In this document: piece after piece, positions 26,441 through 39,800 of the stretch | How positions within the stretch are numbered: the first letter of the stretch is position 1 | Layout: each line of letters starts with the position of its first letter | Assembly: GCF_009914755.1 (NCBI RefSeq) | Contig: NC_060926.1 | DNA: 64,000 bases | Strand: one strand, 5' to 3' | DNA from: the human T2T-CHM13v2.0 reference genome, Homo sapiens | The notes under the pieces: model-generated | Databases searched by the model: none | The model's input: only the letters and a program-made list of their open reading frames with translations | Told to the model about the DNA's origin: nothing | Translations under genes and position numbers: made by a program

Positions 26441-29299
26441 ACTATACCTTTGGGGGCATAAATAACTCTCATGATCTCTTAAGTATTTTTGATGCAATTT
26501 TTCAACAAACTGATATGACAATTAAGAATATGCATATGTATGTATGTATGTAAAGATATTTATATATATGCATAAAGATAAAAGTGCCTATATATTTCAT
26601 TCCTTCATTTTAAAACAAAATGTCGGTATAATTTCTAATTTACTGAAAATGATTGGGTAAAAAGCAATTTGTTAGGGGAATTCCTCTTGAGCATATAATT
26701 TTGAAAAGGCACTAGCTCTAACACGTAATCTCCAGCACTTTCATGAGCAGGTTACCCTTCCTTGTGTTTGCTATGTATTAACATCCATCCTACATTAATA
26801 CAATCCTATGTATTAACATTCATCATACAATATTTCTATAATTGTTCTTGGCAAAGTTAAAGATGACTAATCGTAAGATAAATATGAAGCTGTAATAGCA
26901 TGTCTCAGTAAATGTATAAAACCTGGGGTATTTCTCGACAGATTCTCCAATAATGTGAGTTCTGTACTTAAATAAATGCCACCAAGGTTTTCAGAAAAAT
27001 TATAATTCCCAAATCTTGATTCCTAGTTATTCATTTTCTACCTTCTCCCAAATGCAACCAATATTGATTTCTGTTGCTGCCCCCATTTATTTCACTGTCT
27101 TTATACTAAAGGTTTCTAATTGAGCTGAAGCATATCCACCTAGTTTTTCCAATATGACTGTATTTTCCCACAAAGGCAAGGCAATGTCTTATGTCCTTTG
27201 CATCTTTTATAATTCCTGGCGTTTTCTAGATATGAATAAATATTCAATAATTTTATGCTTTTTTACTCCAAATATTTAGCAATCCCAACTGATCATTAAG
27301 AAATATTATACAGTTAATTTAGCAATGCTGGAGTTGAAAAACTAAAAGCAAAACTCTGGCATTTCATTACAGAAAAAATTAAGAATCATTTATTTAGAAA
27401 AACTATTTTGCCAGGTCTTCACTTCGTGTTAGATGTGATCAATATATCCTGATTGCTAATGGGAGTAATAAGATTACTACCCTGACTTCAGAAATAAATG
27501 GAAGTAGAACCCTGAATGCAGGTGCAGCAGGAAAGTTTGGGTAAAAGATAAGCACCCAATCTTGTCCTACCCACCAGTGGGGGGCAGGTAACAATGAAGG
27601 AGAAAGTCAATAGCCTCTAATAAAACACCAAACTCTAAAACATGGTTTCTTACCTTTACTTTCACTTGTGTTATCATAGACTTAATTATAATTTTAAATC
27701 AATAAATACATATTTATCAAGCATTGCTAAATTAGGACACTGTGCTAAAATTGTACGGGATATACTTTTTTTTCCCTCAATTTTAGATTTTTTTGGATCT
27801 ATAGATATTTGAAGAAGCATTTGCTTTTATCTTCAACTTGATCTTGATAATGACTGAGTAGCGGAAATTGATGATCTGAAGACATATCTATCTACACGGC
27901 CTTTCAATGCAAAATCCACTTTACAGTCTTAAGTAGTCTGCTGTGTTTTAAAATGAATCTAAATATTAGGTCCTGGGGGAAGATCAACATTTAGAATAAA
28001 ATGCTAAAATACAGTGGCTATGCTAATACTTATTAATACTCACTTATCTACAAATCTTAAAAGGAAAAGGTTTTCCAACAATTTTAAGATGTCACAGTGT
28101 TAATCTACATTTCAATAAGATATTTAAAGACAATGCTAGAACTGTCAAGGACCTGCTCTTAAGCTTGAGAGAAACCTACAAAGGAATGCTGACAGTTTTA
28201 TTTTATGTGACATGGAAGCATTATTTATCAAGAAAATGTTATTATATCTTTAGACATTTGAGCACGTTTCATTGCAGATTCTCAGGAAGTTCCACAGATA
28301 CTTGCAGTATGTGGCGGTAGAATATTATCTATGTAAAATATCCTGAGCTATCAAATTAAGGAAGTGATTTAAATAAGCAAAGTTTCCTCTGTTTCTTTTT
28401 TTCCACTTGTTTCTATCTAGAAATCATAGCAAAGTCTGAAGCTTTGAATAACAGGCACTCATGTTTGAAAACTGCAAACTCAATGAAGAAATTGGAAGAG
28501 ATTTAAAACTATATGCTCAATTATGTTTAGGTGCTTGTTAAAGATTTGTAGTCTGGGAGAGTCACACCTTTAGCAACCTCATGGATTTTACTAAGCAGTC
28601 TTGGTAAAAGCACTACATTCCTTGTTATGATATATTTCCGAAAATTAGAAAAGTCTTTCTGAGTCAGCAAAGAATTAGTATTACCCTCTGAGATAATGGA
28701 AACCATCCAAATGTTGAGGGAAAAAAATCAAAGAATTTCTGTTCTAATATAATGGCTCCTGTTTGCTTAGTATCTCTTAGAAACTTCTTTTGGAAAAAAC
28801 AAACAAACAAAAAAACAAGTCCCATTTACTGGGTACCCTATTAGAATTTCTACGTTTAGTAAACAATGCTAGTCTAATAGGGGAAGTATTGTTACTTCAA
28901 CCTCTTGTCCCAGAGATTTCTTCCATTGAGATAACAAACTTCGGGAAAATATTTCGCAGACCAACACTACAATAAACCAAGAAAACCAATAATAGATAAA
29001 CTGCTAATTTGTAAGTTTAAGAGGGATTAGGGGATGAAGGTGGGAGATGAAAGGGACCAAGTCTAGGGAGGAGCAGAGTGAGCCATACATCTTGGCAGAA
29101 GGGTAGAGCCTGTGGTAAGATACTGCCAGTTGAGAGTCTCCAGTCATGGAGGAGTCCGGGTGATTTTAAGAACAGGAGTGTCTAATTATTCAGCCTTAAC
29201 TGGTTTGCAATTCTCTCACATAAATTCCCCCTGCAGTCCTCATTCTTAAAGAAAAGCCTTCTAAGCCAGCATTTTGTGTCAATAGAATTTGGAAGAATA

Positions 29300-29800
29300 A
29301 CTCAGTTTAGGTACTCCCTGAGGCAAAGCCCATGTGGAAAAATAACTTGTGTCCAGGTAGTTAATTTATTTTAGATAAATAAATTCTGATTCTAAGAAGC
29401 AGAGAAAATTTAAAAAGGAAGGAGGAAAACAGAGTAAGGGTGAATCATTGAGATCTCTACTGTATACACTAGGGCCTTCATTCCTTCCTAGTCTCACAGA
29501 AATGTGCAGGATGGTAAGGAAAGACAGGAGCGTGGAGCACTCTGCCTACAGGTTCCTGTTTCCCTTTGGTTGAGGGTCATCTTAGAGGTGTTAGCTCTTC
29601 TTTATTTATAGATGACACTTGTGTCCAGGTCAATGAGCCCCCACATTGCCACAAAAGACTTTGTGACAGAATGCAGAAAGACAGAATGCCGGCGCCTAAA
29701 ATGGGATGATCTTAGGTTTGGGGTGAAGCTGAATGGTCTACCACTCAGTGGCTAAAATCTGATGTGGACTCAGGGCACGTGATGTGAACCACAGAGGTAA
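29300..29800 (-). mobile_element. Ancient ERVL-type LTR (LTR33/LTR16-like)
   Basis: 'tttaggtactccctgaggcaaagccc...acttgtgtccaggtagttaattta' resembles the reverse-complemented end of these LTRs. It is highly diverged. Confidence 0.4.
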
Positions 29801-30274
29801 GCTAGAAAAAGTAGTCATTATCGTGTGATACAATGTGGAATAAAAGTCTAGGGATCAGGTGATGAAATGAATTAGTTCAGAAAAGTCCAAAGCTCAAAGC
29901 CAGATGTGTCTAGAGGAAATGAGAACATCACCACAATACCCTAAGATCTATGGAGAGTTTCAGTGAAACACTGGGTCTTCCCTCCATGTCCAGCATGATG
30001 AGTCATTGTAAACAGTATTTCCTAGGTGACATTCAAGTAAATATTCAGAGGAAGGCTCTTGTCAGATAACTCACACTTGAAAAAAGTAGTCTTTTCTGCT
30101 TGAAACAGTAGAAAATGTGATTTGGAATAATGATGTTACTAAATTTATTACATCTCACTGATAAATCTGAGTTCTAAGACCTTTTTTTGACTCTCCTCTT
30201 ATAGGATTGCCACTGCATACCTCTTTAAGGCACAATATAGGCAGTTCACACCTGACAGTGATTGTTTTTATTAA

Positions 30275-31130
30275 ATAATAATAAATAGCTGTTGTGTATT
30301 TTACCAAGTGTTGTCACTCTTCTAAGTGTCTTGCATGAGTTAACTTCTCCCAGCAATCCTGAGGTTGGTACTATTGTAACCACCTCATGGATACTTCCTG
30401 CCACTGCCCAAATAAAGACAATGGCACTGTAGTAAAGAGTTCAATTGACAAGAGGCCACACAGGAGACGGAGTTATTACTCAAATCAATCTCATCGACGG
30501 CTTATAGGTTAGGGGTTTTTCAAAGATGGTTTGGGGAAAGGAGTGGGGGTGACTATGAAATGGGTGCTTTCTGCTTGTTGGTTGGGTTAGAGATGAAATC
30601 ATAGGGGGTTAAAGCTGTCTTCTTGAGCTGAGTCAGCTACTGGTGCTATTGGTGTTAGACATGCAAAACCCAGAAGAGATACCTCAAAAGTCCAATCTAC
30701 AATAGTGGTTATCTGTAGGAGTGATTGGAGAAGTTTCATATTTTATGACCATTCCACACCTTAAAAGAATTCATGCTCTTCTCCTCCCCCTAGCTTGGTA
30801 GTCTCTCATTAGATTTATAAAAGCTGTTGAGTTTAGGAGAATGACTATTGTCATTTAAACTATAACCTAAATATTTTCCAAAGTTAGCTCTTCCTAAGCC
30901 CAGAAATAATTAAGGCAGCTTGAAAGCTAAAGGCAAGAATTGTGGTTGGTTAGACTGGCTCTCCCCCACTGCCAAAAGTATCTCACTGATATAATTTTTG
31001 CGAAGGGAGTTTCACTATTATTATTCCCACTTTTTTTTTTTAGATACTCAAATTAAGGCAGATGAGGTTAAGAGTCTTCCCCAAATTCTCCAGCTAGTAA
31101 GTGGCAAAGCTGGGATCAGACCTAAATTTT
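30275..31130 (-). mobile_element. MIR interrupted by a solo LTR
   Basis: '...ttctcccagcaatcctgaggttggtactat' lies before the LTR and 'tattattcccactttt...agat...gaggttaag...cagctagtaagtggcaaagctgggatcagacc' after it. Confidence 0.8.
30375..31014 (-). mobile_element. ERV1 (MER4-group, LTR8/LTR26-like) solo LTR
   Basis: TG...CA termini (tgtaacc...agtttca). The minus strand starts TGAAACTCCCTTCGCAAAAATTATATCAGTGAG, and 'ttattactcaaatcaatctc' is characteristic. The 4-bp TSD ctat lies at 30371-30374 and 31015-31018. Confidence 0.88.
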
Positions 31131-32399
31131 GGGGTGCAGTCAAACCTCTAAAACAAAGCACATTATGACACTTGGGAAATCTCAGACACAAAGTTCTTAG
31201 AAATCAAGATCCAGAATACTGTCTACAATATTAGCTTATTATAGTGTTACCATGCTTTTAAAAGAAATACCTTCATCATAATTTTTGTTTCCTAGTCATA
31301 ATATTGACCTTTAAAATGATCTACTATGTTCCATCAGATATATATGCAAAATCCGCTTTATTTTAGATTTTATTCATTTTTTAAAAATTTAACAATACAA
31401 AAAATTAGGTCAGGCACCTTTGTTAATTAGCTGTATTTCATTAAAATCATGACCTCTAGTTGAAAATGCCTTCACTCTTGTGTGTTAAATTTATATGGAT
31501 GGCCCATAAACAGTCCCTAATTAGTCACATGTGTATTCAGATGTGGGCTCATGTGTTATAAACTAACACTGAAGTGTATAAGGAACTGTCAGTCAGATCA
31601 AAAGTCAACTGAAAATCATCCCGTTTGCAAAGCTGAGAGTCTGTCACAGTTAGTTAGTCATAAATGTTTAAAACAGCAACCAAACTTTTATTCTAATTGA
31701 GCATGAGTTGAAAGGCTACCCACTTTGATGTCTTTGCTTTTATCATTTGTATATAGCTAAAAAACTACTATTATGCCTTTTAAAAAAGTCCCCCCTTGGA
31801 GTGGTAGACATTACTTGGTTCTGAAAATATACAGGTAGATCAATCTATAATTGCAGAGCCTTTGTACAGGTTCCAGGGATGCCTATAATCTTTCACGTGC
31901 AAGTGTTCAAAAGTAAGATTCTTTCCTCCTTTTTCTCTATTTGATCTCCTTCTCCACAGATTTGTGATTTAAGACATAAGGAATACATCTTTGTAATGAT
32001 ATTTTGTGGGCCATCGTTTAAAGTATAGTATTTGTCTTACCCGAGTTTTTCAACCTTGAAGAGGGATATATAATTATATATTTTTAATTAATATTTCACA
32101 ATTTATGAGTAAAATTCAATTGTGTTAAGGGTACCATTTGAGAGATTCAGGTGTGGAGACTGGGAAATGAGGGAACTATGAAGGATCCTACAGCAATGCC
32201 TCTGTCTATATGGGAGTGATCTCCAAGTACCAGTCCTGTACACATTTCTATTCAGTTAATTTAGAATTTTCATATAAGTCCCACATTCAGGACCATTTTC
32301 TTACAATTTTCTCTCCAACAATATTATTAGTTAGGCTGGCTTATGCTCGAAACAATCCCTAGATTATCCACAGAACCATAAAATGTGTGTCCCACATTT

Positions 32400-34163
32400 T
32401 ACTCCTCATGTTATAAAACCCCAAATGATTTATTATTTTTGTTCAAAGAATCCATTATTATTTAAAGATATTTAGATAATAAGACAGGAATGTATATTTA
32501 CTTATGTAGTTATCATTTCTAGTTCTCTTTCCTTTTTGTGTAAATCTGGATTTTCATCTACTCTCATTTTCCTTAGTCTGAAGGACTTAATTTACTATTT
32601 CTTGTAGGGCTGGGGATGAATTCCCTCAGGCATTGAAGGTCTGAAAAATAAAATATATTTTGCCTTCATTTTTGGAAAATATTTCTTGCCAGCTATAGAA
32701 TTCAGGTTTGATAATTTTTGTCAAAAAAAAAGTAAGTTTTAGACAAGAAATCTAATATTTTCTTTTTTTTAATCTTTGTTTCCTTGAACAGACCATGTCC
32801 TTTTCTTCTGGATTTTTTAAGGGTTGCTCCTAATACAGGTTTTGAGAAATTGTATCATGATATACCTTAGTATATTTTTTTTTATTTTTTATGGGTCTTT
32901 TGAGCTTCTTGAATTTGTGAGTTTATAGTTTTCATTACATCTGGAAGTTTGGGTGCAATTTTTCAGATACATTTTCTTCAGAAACAACAGTTACTCCTAT
33001 GTTAGGGTCAACTGAAATTGTTCTGCTGCTCACTAATGATCTTTTTATCTCTTAAAATTACCTTTTTTCTCCCTGTGTTTCATTTTAGATAGTTTTTTGC
33101 TGCTAAGTCTTCAAGTTCACTAGTATTTTCTCCTGCAATGTCCAGCCTTTTAAATTCCACCAAGTGTTTTTTGTTTGTTTGCTTGGTTTTGTTTTTCATA
33201 TCAGACATTGTAGTTTCACCATTAGAGTTTCATTCTGGATCTTTTTAAATTTTTCTCTGCTCTATAAACTCTTTGAACATATGAAATAGAGTTGTAATAA
33301 CTGTTTTTTTGTTCCCTTGTTTGTTTTGTAATAAATATTTTAATGTCATTCCTATTATTTGTATCTGTGTTCATTCTGGGTCCGTTTCAATTGACTGATA
33401 ATTTTCCTCATTACAGGTCACATTTTTCTTCTCTTTTTGCATGCTTGTTAATCTTACATTCAATGCCAAACATTGGGACTTTTGTCTCTTTGGATGCTAT
33501 CTATTCTTCTTTTAAATCTTGAGCTTTGTTCTGGGATGCAATTTAGGTCCAGAAGTGTTCACTCAGGAATAATTATTCCTCAGTACTGAGGGAAGACCTT
33601 CCTGAGGACGCAGTCCAATGCTCTGTGAATTAAGAGTCTTTCTGGTATATTTTGTAGGAACAAGCATTGTTCCTGGCCCTGTGTGCACACCAGGTACTGT
33701 TTCCTCTAATCCTTTTGAATGATTCTCCAGCCTTCAGTAGTTTCCCACAGGCATGTGCTGATTGATACACTGCTGAATACTGAAGGAAGACTGCACTTGT
33801 GCAGGGGTCTCCTGTGCAGCTTTCTCCTTCAGGTATTCTGTCCCATGAAGTCTAATGGCCTTGGTTTCCCTGGGCTCCCAGCTGTATCTCCTCAACTCAG
33901 CAATTTCTCTGGGCTCCATCTCAGTTCCCTCTCTTCGTGCTGTGGCCAGGAAACCACTGAGGCAATAACCCAGGGGCAAACTTAGGGCTCACCTTGTTTG
34001 TTTTCCACCTTTCAAGTATTCATAAAATGATATTACCTTCATAACCTGATATCCTGTCTTGAGAGCTACTGTTTATTTTGTCTGAATTTTCTTGTCGTTG
34101 CTGTTGTTATGTTTCCAGTGGGAAGCTAAATTCAGTTCCTGTTACTCCATCTTGGTCGGAATG
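32400..34163 (-). mobile_element. Old L1M (L1MC/L1MD-type) 5' UTR and ORF1 region
   Basis: T-rich antisense L1 ORF1-like sequence ('atattttgccttcatttttggaaaatattt...tatagaattcaggtttga'). It ends in 'cctgttactccatcttggtcggaa', the reverse complement of the L1M 5' start (…ccaagatggagtaacagg). Confidence 0.75.
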
Positions 34164-34184
34164 ATTACTTTTTGAGGATGAAAA

Positions 34185-34420
34185 ACATAAATGTATTGAG
34201 CACCTACTACGTCTTAGACACAAATTTAAATTCTTTACATACGTTACAACTTAATACTAACCCACTGAATCCATAAAATAACTCCTGAAGTAAGTATTAT
34301 TACTCCCTACTGGCACTCATGGTTGGTAACCTGTCCAATAGCATTACTATCTTTTTCATTGATAACAAAAACTCAAATTAGTTCCGAGGACATTCTGTCT
34401 CTGATGTATAAGTCTAAAGA
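34185..34420 (-). mobile_element. MIR fragment
   Basis: 'aatgtattgagcacctactacgtc...ctgaagtaagtattattactccc'. Confidence 0.6.
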
Positions 34421-34810
34421 AAGGACATCCACTCCTGATTAAATTTGTACCTTCACTCTTCTCCTATAATCTCTACATCACATATTTCACTATCTTAGAA
34501 AAGACAGGATAATTCCTTCTAAGTCTTTTTATTTTTATTTTTTGGATGGATGGAATAAAATTTCTAAGGAAGTAAATTTCAGGAAATAGAAATGGCTTTT
34601 GATGGTCTTTAAAGCAGTCTTTAACAGTAGTCCCATCAAAAACCGTTTCAATTATTTCTTAAGAATTATCTGTGAATGACATATACAAGTTGCTTTCTTG
34701 TTTTGTAACATACAGAATCAATTATTTCCTTGCTCTATTTTTTTGTCTTTTAAAAATGTTTTACAAAACAATACTTGTTATCAAAAGATGATGTATTGGA
34801 GTGGTCCGTT

Positions 34811-34821
34811 CCAAGATGGCC
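34811..34821 (+). promoter_or_regulatory. YY1 site of the L1 internal promoter
   Basis: CCAAGATGGCC lies ~13 nt into the L1 5' UTR, the established YY1 motif position. Confidence 0.8.
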
Positions 34822-35072
34822 AAATAGAAACAGCTCTGGTCTGCAGCTCCCAGCATGATTGACACAGAAGACAGGTGATTTCTGCATTTCCAACTGAGGT
34901 ACCTCTTTCATCTCATTGGGACTGGTCAGAAAGTGGGTGCAGCCCATGGACAGCAAGCCAAAGCAGAGCAGGGCATCGCCTCACCCAGGAAGCACAAGGG
35001 GTCAGGGAATTTCCCTTTCCTAGCCAAGGGAAGCCGTGATAGACTGTATTGGGAAAATCGGGACACTGCCAC

Positions 35073-35233
35073 CTAAACACTGTGCTTTTCCAATGGTCTT
35101 AGCAAATGGCACACCAGGAGATTATATCCCGTGGATGGCTCAGCAGGTACCACGCCCATGGAGCCTTGCTCACTGCTAGTCCAAGATCGATCTGCAAGGT
35201 GGCAAGCCTGGCTGGGGGAGGGGCATCTGCCAT
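35073..35233 (-). pseudogene. L1 ORF0 homolog, frameshifted
   Basis: Antisense ATG at 35233 gives MADAPPPA (L1HS ORF0 begins MAGAPPPA). The ORF0-like SEQGSMGVVPAEPSTGYNLLVCHLLRPLEKHSV continues in another frame. Confidence 0.7.
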
Positions 35234-35814
35234 TGCTGAGGCTTGAGTAGGTAAACAAAGCAGCCTGGAAGTTTGAACTAGGTGGAATCCACCGCAGCTC
35301 AATGAGGCTAGCCTGCCTCTGTAGACTCCACCTCTGGGGGCAGGGCATAGCTGAACAAAAGGCAGCAGAAACTTCTGCAGACTTAAATGTCCCTGTCTGA
35401 CAGCTCTGAAGAGAGCAGTGGTTCTCCCAGCATGGTGTTTGAGCTATGAGAACGGATGGACTGCCTCCTTAAGTGGGTCCCTGACCCCCGTGTAGCCTAA
35501 CTTGGAGACACCTCCCAGTAGGGGCCGACTGACATCTCATACAGCTGTGTGCCCCTCTGAGATGAAGCTTCCAGAGGAAGGATCAGGCAGGAATATTTGC
35601 TGTTCTACAGCCTCTGCTGGTGAAACCCAGACAAACAGGGTCTGGAGTGGACCTCCAGCAAACTCCAAAAACCTGCAGCTGAGGGATCTGCCTGTTAGAA
35701 GGAAACTAACAAACAGAAAGGAATAGCATCAACATCAACAAAAAGGACATCCACACCAAAACCCCATCTGTTGGTCACCAAAATCAAAGACAAAAGGAAG
35801 ATAAAACCATAAAG

Positions 35815-36835
35815 ATGGGGAGAAACCAGAGCAGAAAAGCTGAAAATTCTAAAAACCAGAGTGCCTATTCTCCTCCAAAGGATTGCAGCTCTTCAACAGC
35901 AATGGAACAAAGCAGGACGGAGAATGACTTTGACGAGTTAACAGAAGTAGGCTTCAGAAAGTCTGTAATAACAAACTTCTCTGAGCTAAAGGAGGATGTC
36001 CAAACCCATCGCAAGGAAGCTAAAAACCTTGAAAAAAGATTAGATGAATGGCTAACTAGAATAAACAGTGTAGAGAAGACCTTAAATGACCTGATGGAGC
36101 TGAAAACCGTGGCATGAGAACTACGTGACACATGCACAAGCTTCAGTAGCCGATTCGATCAAGTGGAAGAAAGGATATCAGTGATTGAAGATCAAATGAA
36201 TGAAATGAAGCAAGAAGAGAAGTTTAGATAAAGAAGAGTAAAAAGAAATGAACAAAGCCTCCAAGAAATATGGGACTATGTGAAAAGACCAAATCTACTT
36301 TTGATTGGTGTACCTGAAAGTGATGGGAAGAATGGAATTAAGCTGGAAAACACTATTCAGGATATTATCCAGGAGAACTTCCCCAACCTAGCAAGACAGG
36401 CCAACATTCAAATTCAGGAAATACAGAGAACACCACAAAGATACTCCTCAAGAAGAGCAACCCCAAGACAATTGTCAGCCTCACCAAGGTTGAAATGAAG
36501 GAAAAAATGCTAAGAGCAGCCAGAGAGAAAGGTCGGGTTACCCACAAAGGGAATCCCATCAGACTAACTGCAGGTTCTTGGCAGAAACACTACAAGACAG
36601 AAGAGAGTGGGGGCCAATATTCAACATTCTTAAAGAAAAGAATTTTCAACCCAGAATTTCATATCCAGCCAAACTAAGTTTCATAAGTGAGGAAGAAATA
36701 AAATCCTTAACAGACAAGCAAATGCTGAGAGATTTTGTCATGACCAGGACTGCCTTACAAGAGATCCTGAAGGAAGCACTAAACATGGAAAGGAACAACT
36801 GGTACCAGCCACTGCAAAAACATGCCAAATTGTAA
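35815..36835 (+). pseudogene. L1 ORF1p (RNA-binding chaperone), disrupted
   Basis: MGRNQSRKAENSKNQS...; premature TGA at 36115-36117, then frameshifted fragments containing RPNLLLIGVPESDG and REWGPIFNILKEKNFQPRISYPAKLSF, ending QKHAKL*. Confidence 0.93.
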
Positions 36836-36898
36836 AGACCATCAATGCTAGGAATAAACTGCATCAACTAAGGAGCAAAATAACCAGCTAACATCAGA

Positions 36899-39800
36899 AT
36901 GACACGATCAAATTCACACATAACAACATTAACCTTAAATTTAAATGGGCTAAATGCCCCAATTAAAAGACAGAGACTGGCAAATTGGTTAAAGAGTCAA
37001 GACCCATTAGTGTGCTGTATTCAGAAGACCCATCTCACATGCAGAGATACACATATGCTCAAAATAAAGGGATGGAGGAAGACCTACCAAGCAAATGGAA
37101 AGCAAAGAAAAAGCAGGGATTGCAATCCTAGTCTCTGATAAAACAGACTTTAAGCCAACAAAGATCAAAAGAGACAAAGAAGGCCATTACATAATGGTAA
37201 AGGGATCAATTCAACAAGAAGAGCTAACTATCCTAAATATATATGCACCCAATACAGGAGCACCCACTTTCATAAAGCAAGCCCTGAGAGACCTAAAAAG
37301 AGACTTAGACTCCCACACAATAATACTGGGAGACTTTAACACCGCACTGTCAATATTAGATCAACTGGACAGAAAGTTAGCAAGGATATCCAGCACTTGA
37401 ACTCAGCTCTACACCAAACAGATCTAATAGACATCTACAGAACTGTTCACCCCAAATCAAGAGAATATGTATTCTCCTCAGTACCATATTGCACTTATTC
37501 CAAAATTGACCACATAGTTGGAAGTAAAGCTCTCCTCAGCAAATGTAAAAGAAGACAAATCATAACAAACTGTCTCTCAGACCACAGTGCAATCAAATTA
37601 GAACTCAGAATTAAGAAAATCATTCAAAACCTCACAACTACATGAAAACTGAGCAACCCACTCCTAAATGACTGCTGGGTAAATAATGAAATGAAGGCAG
37701 AAATAAAGATGTTCTTCGAAACCTATGAGAACAAAAACACAACATACCAGAATCTCTGGGACACATTTAAAGTAGTGTGTAGAGGGAAATTTATAGCACT
37801 AAATGCCCACAAGAGAAAGCAGGAAAGATCTAAAATCGACACCCTAACACCACGATTAAAATAACTAGGGAAGCAACAGCAAACAAATTCAAAAGCTAGC
37901 AGAAGGCAAGAAACAGCTAAGATCAGAGCAGAAGTGAAGGAGATAGAGACACAAAAAACCCTTCAAAAAATCAGTGAATCCAGGAGTTGGTTTTTTGAAA
38001 AGACCAACAAAATTGATAGACCTCTAGCAAAAGTAACAAAGAAGAAAAGAGAGAAGAATCAAATAGGCACAATAAAAAATGATAAAGGGGATACCACCAC
38101 TGATCCCACAGAAATACAAACTACCATCAGAGAATACTATAAACACCTCTACGCAAATAAATTAGAAAATCTAGAAGAAATGGATAAATTCCTGGACACA
38201 TACACCCTCTCAAAACTAAAACAGGAAGAAGTTGAATCCCTGAATAGACCAATAACACACTCTGAAATTGAGGCAATAATTAATAGCTTACCAACCAAAA
38301 AAAGTCCAGGACCAGACGGATTCACAGCTGAATTCTACCAGAGGTACAAAGAAGAGCTGATACCATTCCTTCTGAAACTATTCCAATCAACAGAAAAAGA
38401 GGGAATCCTCCCTAACTCACTTTATGAGGCCAGCATTATCCTAATACCAAAGCCTGGTAGAGACACAACAAAAAAAGATAATTTTTGACCAATATCCCTG
38501 ATGAACATCGACGCAAAAATCCTCAATAAAATACTGGCAAACTGAATCCAGCAGCACATCAAAAACCTTATCCACCAAGACCAAGTTGGTTTCATCCTTG
38601 GGATGCAAGGCTGCTTAAACATATGCAAATCAATAAACATAATCCATCACATAAACAGAACCAAAGACAAAAACCACAAGATTATCTCAATAGATGCAGA
38701 AAAGGCCTTCAACAATTCAACATCCATTCATGCTAAAAACTCTCAATAAACTAAGTACTGATGAAACATATCTCAAAATAATCAGAGCTATTTATCACAA
38801 ACCCACAGCCAGTGTCATACTGAATAGGCAAAAACTGGAAGCATTCCCTTTGAAAACTGGCACAAGACAGGGATGCCCTCTCTCACCACTCCTATTCAAC
38901 ATAGTGTTGGAAGTTCTGACCAGGGCAGTCAGGCCAGAGAAAAAAATAAATGGTATTCAAAAAGGAAAAGAGGAAGTCAAATTGTCCCTGTTTGCAGATG
39001 ACATGATTGTATATTTAGAAAACCCCTTGTCTCAGCCCAAAATCTCCTTAAGCTGATAAGCAACTTCAGCAAAGTCTCAGGATACAAAATCAATGTGCAA
39101 AAATCACACGCATTCTTACACAGCAATAACAGACAAACAGAGAGCCAAATCTTGAGTGAACTCTCATTCACAATTGCTACAAAGAGAATAAAATACCTAG
39201 GAATATAACTTACAAGGGATGTGAAGGGCCTTTTCAAGGAAAACTACAAAACACTACTCAATGAAATAAAAGAGGACACAAACAAATGGAAGAACATTCC
39301 ATGCTCATGGATACGAAGAATCAATATTGTGAAAATGGCCATACTGCTCAAGATAATTTATAGATTCAATGCCATCCCCATCAAGCTACCAATAACTTTC
39401 TTCACAGAATTGGAAAAAGCTACTTTAAAGTTCCTATGGAACTAAAAAAGAGCCCGCATTGCCATGACAATCCTAAGCAAAAAGAACAAGGCTACAGGCA
39501 TCATGCCACCTGACTTCCAACTATACTACAAGCCTACAGTAACCAAAACAGCATGGTACTGGTACCAAGACAGAGATATAGACCAATGGAACAGAACAGA
39601 GCCCTCAGAAGTAACACCACACATCTACAACCATCTGATCTTTGACAAACCTGACGAAAGTAAGAAATGGGGAAAGAATTCCCTATTTAATAAATGGTGC
39701 TGGGAAAACTGGCTAGCCATATGTAGAAAGCTGAAACTGGATCCCTTCCTTACACCTTATACAAAAATTAATTCAAGATGGATTAAAGACTTAAATGTTA

